From Callorhinchus milii (Eukaryota), in NCBI RefSeq assembly GCF_018977255.1, contig NW_024704743.1, positions 86,616,001-86,680,000 of the forward strand: a DNA stretch of 64,000 bases, given 5' to 3'. The position numbers and the translations under genes were made by a program. Within the stretch, counting starts at the first letter, position 1; every line of letters begins with the position of its first letter. Under the pieces are notes generated by a model. It was given only the letters and a program-made list of their open reading frames with translations. It had not been told where the DNA came from and searched no databases. Of this stretch, positions 25,676 to 36,052 are shown in pieces.

Positions 25676-26379
25676 ATATTCACAAAAACGTTATTTGTCA
25701 TAAGCGTGAAATTGACAAGTATATTGGGCAAAGATGTCTCTTCCTTGTTATAAAGTGCAGCAGCAGAACTGAGACAGTTACCATTATAATATTGGAATGC
25801 TCTGCAACGCAGACACATCATTACCACAAACCTACCAGATTGTCAGTAACTGGGATCAAAATTAGACCACCAACCACTAAGCTGATTTTATTTAGAAATA
25901 AAAAATAAACTTTGCTTTTGTGGATGTTGCCACAGGAGACAGATGTGTGGTGTCCACCCACAATCTTGGCTATATAATTTCCACAGAAACAGGCCACCCA
26001 GGACCCGCAGTGTTATTTGGCACAGTTCTGATATTTTCTCAAAAAATAGAAATTAAGGGTATTTGGGATTTTCTAGCCAATTGCAGAGGTTTGGGATGGC
26101 TTGGGCTCACACTGGATGGATTTTTCTGTGCACAAATTGATTGCTTCGTTCATCCCCAAAATTCCCTGACACAAAACTGTGCAAATCCTTAAAGCGCGTT
26201 CAGACGGTCGTTCAATATGAAAGGTGCTATATCAGTTGCAAGTATTATTACTATTAATTACCAGTATTATAAGAGACTGCTCCCAATAAGAGGTTGAATT
26301 ACAAGTTCAAAGTTGGTTTAAAAAAACTGAAAATGAACCAAGGCTAAAACCTTTTAAAATCAAATGTAATAAGAAATAT

Positions 26380-27178
26380 TCATACTCTTTGGCTCTCGTC
26401 AACATCTAAAATCTCACAGCTCTCACCTCCTCCACCTACCCGACGTCCCCCTAAAACTCTCCGAACCCGTACGCAACCTAGGCGTCAGGTTCGACCCCCA
26501 ATTATCCTTCCTCCCTCACATCCGGTCCCTCAACAGCACCGCTTTCTTCCACCTCCGACGCATCGCGCGTCTCTGCCAATACTTCTCTCCGAAACCCGCT
26601 GAAACCCTGGTCCATGCCTTTGTCACCTCTTGGCTGGACTACTCTAACGCCCTCCTCGACGGTCTCCCATCCACTACCATCCATAAAATCCAAATCATTC
26701 AAAACTCTGCCGCCCGCATTCTCACCCGCACGAAACTCCGCTCCCCGATCACCCCAGTTCTTGCCAGACTGGACTGGTTGCCTATCCCAGAGAGGATCGA
26801 TTTCAAGATCCTCACTCATGTATTCAAGTCCCTGCACTCCTCTGCACTCCCCTACCTCTCTGACCTCCTCTCTCCTCAAAACAGTATCCGTTGCCTTCGT
26901 TCCTCCGGGTCTGGCCTCCTCCTTGTCCCCCGAGTCCTCCTCTCCACCCTCGACGGCCGTGCCTTCAGCCACTATGCCCCGAAGCTCTGGAACTGCCTTT
27001 CTCACTCCATTCGTCTCGCTCCCTCCCTTACGATTTTCAGGTCCCTGTTGAAGACCTTTCTTTTCAACCGCGCCTTTGGTCACCTTCCTCCCCCTCCCCC
27101 TGGCTCGGTCCCGGGATCCATTACTGTAAAGCGCTCTGCATGGAGGGCACAATATAAATCCAAGTTGTTGTTGTTGTT
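26380..27178 (+). mobile_element. L2 3' fragment, distinct CpG-retaining (younger) subfamily
   Basis: HAFVTSWLDYSNALL...KIQIIQNSAARIL...PIPERIDFKILTHVFKSLH; ends gtaaagcgctctgcatggagggcacaatataaatccaag(ttg)n. Confidence 0.92.
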
Positions 27179-27615
27179 CATGTTCTGGATTGCTCAAATT
27201 ATTATTCCAACATCATATTTTTTAATGCTCTACAAATAGCTGAGAGATGCAGGCTGATAGTAGCTGGATAGATAAAAATTAATACTTAGAGGCATCTTAC
27301 CTGCTCTGAAACTATAGCAGTGGTGGTTTCGATCAGGATTCCAGCTACAAGTAAATCATTATTTATTTATTTTTTTAAGCAGATTGGAGAATTACAAAAT
27401 ACACATTTGCTTACAAAATAAACACTTACTAAACTTTATATAATTTCTTGAATTTGATATAGCACCTTATCAAGTAATTGAGATGTCTGTAAGCATTTGG
27501 TTTACCTGTAAAGGGTAGTGACAGCATATTTTCAGGCACTTTACAGTAAACCCTGTGAAGCACTTTGAGAAGTACAGTACTCCGAAATGCAAAATACACT
27601 ATATCAAATGCAAAG

Positions 27616-28225
27616 ATTATTATTTTAACACAATTTTTAAAACAAATGTGCTGGATTATAATTTCGAACAACTTCATAATAGGAATATACAGAATAATTT
27701 CCTGAGGTGTTACCTTAAAGTGCAGTTTTGATAGCAAAATTCTTCTGCATATATCATGTAGCTTACGCTTTTAAATTTCTGTACAGTAACAGTTATAATT
27801 GTTTCACTGGATCTCAAGTCAATGCCAGCTTTGTGGGTTTTCTTTATTTAATAATATTACTGAAAGTAAACATCTCTGGAGAATGTAGGGCATGCTGTTG
27901 CTTTCACTTCAAATCAACACCACACTGAGTTCAGCAGAAAAACATCTCTTTAGGCAACTCCGGCCAGTTTCTTAATAAGGAAGAGAATTTAATACAGCAA
28001 CAGGATCTTCAGAATTCATAGAAGTTCTTTTCTCCTTTGAACTCTGTTTTGTGTTTCTGTTGTAGCGCTGCGTTGCAGCAAGCCATAGAGTTGGGTTAGT
28101 ATATGTTGGATTGGAATTGGATTAGTATATTCCTATTATGAAGTTGGTTTTGAAATTATATTTGAATTATATTTGAAATTATAATCCAGCACATTTGTTT
28201 TAAAAATTGTGTTTAAAATAATAAT
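27616..28225. repeat. Long inverted repeat (arms about 27616-27690 and 28125-28225) around a ~430 bp spacer
   Basis: aacacaatttttaaaacaaatgtgctggattataatttc and caacttcataataggaatatac recur as exact reverse complements; the right arm has extra aattatatttg units. Confidence 0.9.
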
Positions 28226-28402
28226 TCTTGGTACTGAGCAATCTTGAGATGTGAGAACTGAGCAGCACTTTCTGACCTAACCTATGCCCCTTTGTGAGCT
28301 TTCACACAGTCTAGATGTAATAAGGGTAACCTCGGTATTTTGTGGTGCATTGCTACAGACTACAGAGATAAGCAAAATTACCATGAGTTAGTTACCATGA
28401 GT

Positions 28403-28788
28403 GGAGTCCCATAGCTTAGTGGTTAGAGCACTTGCATCACAAGCGAGAGGACTTGGGTTTGATTTTCGGGCAGAGTGAAAAGTTGGGCAAGTTTTCTTAC
28501 TCCACATGCCTCTGTTTACCTAGCAGTAAATAGGAACCCGTTGTTAGTTGATTGGCGGATCGCTTTTCTGGGGGTAATAATCCCTTCTGAAAACAATAAT
28601 AATAATAATTTGCTCACTCAATCCACGACTGTTTGTGGGACACTGCTGTGTGCAACTGGCTGCCGTGTTTGACCTGCAAAATATGCAGTCATTTCACTTT
28701 ACAGTATATTTTCTGAAGCGCTTTGAGAAGTTTCAAAAAGAAAAGGCGTTATATCAAATGCAAGGATTATTATATTATATATTGTTAT
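28403..28788 (+). mobile_element. tRNA-derived SINE (long variant)
   Basis: Full length; ATGAGT on both flanks as a likely TSD. Confidence 0.9.
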
Positions 28789-29929
28789 ATGAGTTCCTAC
28801 AATTTTTGTGCTGCTGGAGAGTGGAATAAAGAGAGAATAAACGGGGATGCTTTTGGAAATTTTTACCTGGATCTGAATTTACTCTATTTACCTAATATTT
28901 AAAAGCATCCAGAATTTGACAAATTCTTAAATACAAGCCTTACTTTTGAAGTCAGTTTTCTGTCAATTTATTTATTAAGCTATTTATTATTCAAGTATTA
29001 TGACATTTTCATTTTGATGATTGACACCATCACTTTTCCAATTATTGAGGTCAGGCTATTGGGTCTACAGTTGATAGGTCATCTTTCTTTAACCTGGGAC
29101 CACATTTGCTTGCTTCCAGTCTGTTAGAACCTCACCAGTGATGGTTGACTCCCTCATAATGTCTATCAAACCTGCACAAATCCCTGTCTTTTCTTTCAAA
29201 GTACCATGGTGTAAAGTTCATCTGTCCCAGGGGATTTGTTGGGGAGGGGGAGGGGTTGCACTTTAACCCTATTAGAATCTCCTTTCTCCCGGCTGGCATC
29301 AAAATCTGCTTTTGTTCAGTGCTCTGAACTACCCCACGTGAATCATAAAATCATAGAATTATACATCACAGAAGGAGGACATTCGACCCATTGTGTCTGT
29401 GCCTGCTCTTTGAAAACAGCTATCCAATTCAATCCCACTCCCCTGTTCTCTCCCCATAGTCATGCAAACTTGTGCTCCCCAAGAAAGGCACTATAGATAT
29501 GCAAGTTGTTGTTGCTGCAGGTGTTTTTCAACCTCCTTTGAATTCCTTAGGGTTTTAATATCTTCCCTGAATGCTCTTACTGTTATAATATTGAAAGAAT
29601 ATTTGGTGTTATGTGTTGCATTTGCTGCAATGTCCATTTCCAGTTGTCTCTTGGCTCCCTTAATATCTTGGTCAACCTTTTTTCTTTAGTTTTGTGTTCA
29701 GTCCAATGGCCACTCTTCTCATTGCTTTAAATCTCATTTTTATTTTCCTGTTAATTCATTTTAGAGCATGCTATCCACCATGCATTGGCTCTGTATGCTC
29801 TGCATAATATTTAAGGATGTCCATATATCCTCACGAGTAATGTCTGCCATTCTATGGCACTGAGCTCAATCCTCATACCCCTAAAGTTTGCACATCTAAA
29901 GTTGTGCACTAGACCTTGATTACATTCTA

Positions 29930-31236
29930 GGGGGTTCGGAGGGAGGCGCAGAGTTAGGGGGAGCAAGAACATTGAGGGCTTTGAAGGTGAGGATCAGAAT
30001 CTTGAACTGTATCCTCTGTGTGATAGAAAGCCAGTGAAGTCGGCCAAGGATGGGGGTGATATGGTCATGGAGCCTTGTGTGGAAGAGAATACGGGCTGCA
30101 GAGTTCTGGATGATCTGCAGCCTATAAAGGGAAGAGTTGGCGAGGCCAACTAGCAAGGTTTTTGCATACTCAAGCCTCAATGTAATGAAAGCCTGTATGA
30201 GGGTTTTGGCGGTCTACAGTGTGAGACAGTGACGGAGCCGGGCGATGTTGCGGAGGTGGGAGAAGGCAGAGCGGGTCACGGCACAGATATAGGGTAGAAA
30301 GGATAGTTGAGGGCCAAACAAGACTCCAAGGTTCCGGATTGACTTAGCAAGGTGGAGTGTGCATCTATTAATGGTGATGCTGTCAGCACTTGAGTGTGGA
30401 GGTGCTGATGGAAGCTGATCAGGAGAGCCTCGCTCTTGTTGAGGTTCAACTGAAGAAATTTAGCTCTCATTCAGAATTTGATGTCCAACAGACATTCTGT
30501 CAGGATAGCAGTGGTCAAGGGTGGAGGCAGAGAGGTAGAGTTGGGTGTCATCCACGTACATGTGGAATTTGACTCCATGTCTGCGGATGATGTCACCAAG
30601 AGGGAGCATATAGATATTGAAGAGGAGGGGACCAAGCACAGAGCCCTGAGGAACGCCGCACGAGACGGTATGCGGACTAGAGGAGAAACCGATTGTGAAG
30701 ATGAAGTGGAGGCGGTGTGAGAGGTATGATCTGAACCAGTCAAGGACAGAGCCGTGAAGGTTGAGGTGAGAGTAGAGGCAGTGGATGAGGATAGAGCGGT
30801 CGACCATGTCGAAGGCAGTAGAGAGGTCAAGGAGGAGGAGGAGGTAGAGGGAGCACTGGTCACAAATGGACAGAATATCATTTGTCACTTTTACCAGGGC
30901 TGTTTCTGCGCTGTGGGCGACAGAAGCCTGAATGGAGGGAATCGTGAATGGAGTGATGGGAGAGGAAGGCGTGAAGCTGGGAAGCAACAACTTGTTCCAG
31001 GACCTTGGAGAGGAAAGGGAGGTTGGAGATTGGGTGGTTGTTTGAGAGTAAGGATGGGTCCAGGGAGGGTTTTTAAGGATAGGAGTGTGACGGCCATTTT
31101 TAAAGGGGTGGGAACGGTGCCAGTGGACAGGGATAGGTTAATGATGTCTGTGAGTAGAGGGGAAAGGAGGTGGAGCTGGGAAGTAAGAAGAAGGGTAGGG
31201 ATGGGGTTGAGGGAGCTGGTGGCCGGGTTCATGCGG
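29930..31236 (-). mobile_element. L2 ORF2 RT fragment
   Basis: ETALVKVTND...LLDLSTAFDMVD...GVPQGSVLGPLLFNIYM...HMYVDDTQLY. Confidence 0.93.
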
Positions 31237-31544
31237 GAGACTAATCCATATGTTCATATCCTGACGTGGGACTTTTATATGCTTGTTAAAATACATTATG
31301 GGAGCAACTACAGGGTATTATATTATTGCCAATGCTAGAAATATCAGGGCCCTATCATCTTGAATTGATTAGGAAATACCATCCATATTACTTTTGCGGT
31401 TTTCTAATAAAATACAAAAAACAAGGTCCGGAAGCTTTAGGTTTCAACAAAATCTCAGCAGATGAAATGTAATGCAAATGCAATTCAATTAGTTGCGCTG
31501 TTTTTCAATATACAAAGTGCAAGTGCAGTGAGAGAGAGAAAAAA

Positions 31545-31841
31545 ATAATAATAATCCTTGCATTTGATATAGCGCTTTTCACTTCTTCTAGACGTCACAA
31601 AGCGTTTCACAGAATAGACTGTAAAGTGAATTGACTATATTTGTGGGTGAAACGTGGCAGTCAATTGCGCTCAACAGTGTCCCACAAACAGTCGTGGATT
31701 GAAAATGACCAATTTATTATTGTTTTGTTTTTTGGAGGGATTATTATTAAGCGTGTGGAGTAAGGAAATTTGCCCAAAGTTTCGCCCTGCCTGTGTCTCG
31801 CTTGCAAGGCGAGTGCTCTAACCACCGAGCTACAGGACTCC
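31545..31841 (-). mobile_element. tRNA-derived SINE (short variant, B-box deleted)
   Basis: Antisense head ggagtcctgtagctcggtggttagagcac; full tail. Confidence 0.9.
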
Positions 31842-33609
31842 AAAATAGGCAGGGTGAGGTTTTTGTTTGAAGATTGTTTGAATTTTTATAAAGGAAGAAT
31901 ACCTGACAGCAAGACTTTCAGGGTCATTTTTTTATATCTTCAAGTTGGGCAGTCAGACAATGACTGTAGACACAGAGTGTAATATATTGACAAAGGTATT
32001 TTTTTAAATAGTGACTGGGGTGTAAGAGGAAGCTGGTCCACTACTCAGCCAAGATATATTAAATATATTATTGTACAACCAGCCGCATGAATGGAGGAAC
32101 TGTCTCTGGGTATTAAAGCTCAAAACTGCCATTAACTTTGTAGTTTTAGTCTCAAACTGCAATAAACCACTGGCTGAAATAAAACATGAAAAAAATGAAT
32201 TATGTACATATGTAGTTTATTACTGAAGAGATATAGTGTTGGGAAACAGTTTAAATCCATAGAACAATTAATTAATGTGTTTCCTATTTGTTTTAAATTA
32301 ATGATTTTGTCAGCACAAAGATAATTTGGAAGAATTGAAAAAGCTGGAGCTACTGCAGTTATGTGGAGCTTAAATAATCAATTTAATAGACATATGAAAC
32401 CTATCTAATCAGGACAGCTCCCGAGTAATTTTATTATATGTAACATTTTTCTGCAATGAAATAGTTTCCTTTTTTACTGTCCTACCTAGTCTAACTGTCA
32501 AAAGCATAACAATGTTCTATGTTGATAGATATAATAATGCCATAATATATCATTGTGAATGAATATAAATATTTTATTGCTGCAATTTACTCTTGGGTCA
32601 GCCTGAGTACACAGAGTTGATGATATTAAATTTATTCAAATGAACCCAAACTGACAGAGAGATCTTTGGAAAGAAGATAGGGCAGCTTTACGATGCAAGT
32701 CTATATTCGTCAGTAGATCCCAAGCTGATATAAACTTTCCAGCACAGATTAAAATCAGCATCAGGGCACAACATGTGCTGAAGTGATAAATCAGGCTCAC
32801 ACTGTAAACGCCATCTCAATAACTTCAGCGCTTTGTCAGGGAGAGCAATTGTTAAGCTGTGGAGATGGTAAGAAAGAGAGCAAATGTAGGACAATCCGTT
32901 ACCTGCTATGGATCCAAAAGGTAACAAAGCAACATTTTGGGTCACACACTACATTCTAGTTCCTGGTCTTAAATGGTAAAATAGCTCATACAGTTTACTC
33001 TTGAAAGCACATCACATTCAACTGCTTTGGAAAGTCATCATATCAAATAGAGCCTACCATTGTTAAAATCACCTCAAGACAATGATTTCTCCCACACACT
33101 TTTCAACTTGAAAACTGGGGCAATTTTTAAAACTTAGCAAGCTCCTGAAACCTTTATCCTCGGAGGTTGGAATAGAACTTAACTTTAAAATTGTAACTTT
33201 CAAAATTAATTTTTAAGAAATCTTTACTCCCAAGATCAAAGGACTTTTGCAATCCTTGCTCGCTTATAAAAAAGTGCTTCCTTCAATTAATTTCTTCCCT
33301 CTGTCTTCAAGATAAGTCCAGTTTAAGTACAAAATTGTGGTTCATGATGCCTCTTTTCTCCCCTCATGCCTCCTGCCTTGCATCAGGACATTCATTCCAT
33401 TTTATCTGTGTGACCAGTCAGGACACTCTTGTGATTGAGCTCATGCTATAATATTATCCCTAAATTATAAAACAAAATACAAAACAACAAATTTAACTAA
33501 ATTAAATGTTACTTGCATTTATCAAATCAAATTGGCAATCAAATATCTCTTGTTTTTTCTCTTCATTTTTTTCTCTTTAACTTTCTCTATTTTCAACGTT
33601 ATCCAACCT

Positions 33610-33880
33610 GGTTCATTTGGTAGTGCTCTCGCCTCTGAGTCAGAAGGTTGTGGGTGCCATGTCATGTCAAGACTTTGAATTTACATAGTCTAGGTTAACC
33701 CTCTAGTGCAGTTCTGGGGTGGGGTGTTGCATTTTTAGACGTGCTGTCTTTCAGTTAGGACTTTAAACCAATGTTCCGTCTGCCTGTTCAGGTGAATGTT
33801 ATAGATCCACTATTCAAAAACACAAGCGAGTTCCTCCCGAATTCCTGGATAACAATCCCTCCCAAATAAAATTGGTCATT
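33610..33880 (+). mobile_element. Older DeuSINE-like SINE, 5' part
   Basis: tggtagtgctctcgcctctgagtcagaaggttgtggg... Confidence 0.7.
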
Positions 33881-33889
33881 CACTTCATG

Positions 33890-34250
33890 TCTGTAAAGTG
33901 CAGTGACTGTGTATTTTGTGGTCAAAAGTGGCACCCAATTTGAGCATAGCAATGTCTCATAAACAGCCATGGCATATGTGATTACTTTTATTTGGGTTAT
34001 TGTTGGCCTGCAACATGGGAAGCAACTCCCTTCTCTTTTTGGATAGTGCCATGGAATCTTTAACAGCTACCTGAACAGACGAATAGGACAAGTTAACATC
34101 TTAACCGCACCTCTGATAATACAACTCTTCCCCCAGAACTACATTGCAGTGTCAGCCTAGATGATTGAATTGAAAGTCCCAACATGAGGCTTGAACACTC
34201 TACGTCTGCTTCAGAGGGGCAAGTTCTACCAACCCGGGCTGACAACTGAT
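33890..34250 (-). mobile_element. Older DeuSINE-like SINE
   Basis: Antisense Deu segment and head remnants. Confidence 0.6.
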
Positions 34251-35953
34251 GGTATTTGTTAACTGGATTATCTGGCAAGGAATTCTCTAAGAATTCCAGT
34301 CGATCTGATCCCAGTAATTCTATACATTTTTCTTATATATTTTTCGGCTAAGATTCATCATGTTTATCTGCTGGGTTTCCACAAATTTTATAACAGAGGC
34401 CTATAATTGCAGAGATTATACCCCGTGTGAAGGCTGCTGTATAAATGCAAGTTGTTGTTTCTAATTTAAGACTGGTTTTAAGCACTTTCCACAATTCTAG
34501 AAAAATTGTTAGATGGAATAGGGCCCAGTTCAATAAACCTCACATTGCTTTACTGAGAAGCAAACACACAATGGTTCTTAAGTTTAAGAATGAAACAAAA
34601 CATCTGCTGAATTATTCCTTCTATAATGGATGGTGAATTATTTATTTTCATTTCGTCATTTGCAGTGAGTATTTGATAAATTTTATGGGGAAAATCAGCA
34701 TTAACTTTTATTGTGTAAAGTTGGCAGTGCAAAGAATCATATGGGAACCTTTATGAGGTTCTGGTCCATTCGGCCAAAGATTAAGCTGAAAATGTTTATG
34801 CTGATATTTCCCACTTCAGTGTCATTACTTAAATAGATGGGATATCCAGTAGATAACTAATGGGATTTTGGAAAGAAATAACAATGTGATGGAACATCTA
34901 CAGCAGCTTCGACTCGTACATTAAGGAAGGAATCCTGCCAACAGTTGTCCTTTTTTACAAATCAGACTGAAAGAACTGAAACTTTTAATAGTACCCTCTC
35001 CCTCCATCCACCCGCCGCGTTATTTCTGTTTTTTCTTTTTACGCCTGGAGAACATTTATCACACTGAGTTTTGATCACCAGAAGAGGTTAATCTAAAGAG
35101 CTAGTGGGTGTGACAGTGCGAGGGAGCTGAATTAACGGGAATAATAAGAGCAATGGAGGGCTCAGGGTTAATGACTGCATTTATCGATGTCATCTAACAT
35201 TCAATACTGTCAGCATTGGTGACTCCTCTCATCCTGCTTTCTCCATGATCTCATCAGGTTTAAACACTGGTTTAAACAAAAATATTCCCCACTGAAAAAA
35301 ACACAGAAGTGGGCAGCAAAACAGAAAAGGAGCTTAAAATAAATCAAAATTCATGGTAGAACATTTCAGAAAAAACATACAAGTCCCCTTTCAAACAAAT
35401 TATTTTAAATTATTTCAAGGCAGTGATTTGTTCTGATCAATGTCCTACCAAACACATGATTGTAAATTTCTATGTTTTTCCATTGAGTCCAAACTGAGAA
35501 AAAAATGAACAGAAATAGAACATTGCATTGTTACAGTTCTATGTCACTATGTCACATTGAAGTATCTCAAACTGCCTCACAACTAATTGCACTCAAGTGT
35601 AGTAGTGACTGTTTTTATAGGCAAACATGGCCGTCACTTGTGCCAACAAGGCCCATAAACAGCCAATATGGAATTTACCAATTAATCTGAAGGGTTGTTA
35701 GACAGGACCCCGGAGAAACTCATTTTTCTTTCCAATAAAGTCATTGGATCATTAATTAGAGGACGAGTACTGGGAAACTTGATTATAACTCTCTCACCTG
35801 GATCCAATGTGTAACCAACCGTGTTATAAGTGAGGTGCGGAAAAATGGCTGACTTCCAGTTCATCAGGTCACAGCAGACGCACACAACGTACAGGAAATA
35901 ACATCAATCACAACCTGACAGCCCGCGATGCCGCCATTATTTAAGGTGTGTAG

Positions 35954-36052
35954 CTGACGAAGGGTCGTGGACCCAAAATGTTGACTCACTTTCCTTTCTC
36001 CATAGATGTTGCCTGACCTGCTGAGTTTTCCCAGCTCCCTCTGTTTTTGTTT
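35954..36052 (+). repeat. Single arm of the Penelope/hammerhead-derived repeat, core mutated
   Basis: CTGACGA-A-GGGTC-GTG-GACCC-AAAA(=GAAA)-TGTTGAC followed by tcactttcc...ccatagatgttgcctgacctgctgag, as at 46888-46960. Confidence 0.8.

Noticed and set aside
26502..27197. 231-aa minus-strand ORF and similar Gly/Glu/Arg-rich ORFs (e.g. 30754-31338)
   Set aside because: Antisense shadows of C/T-rich L2 sequence.
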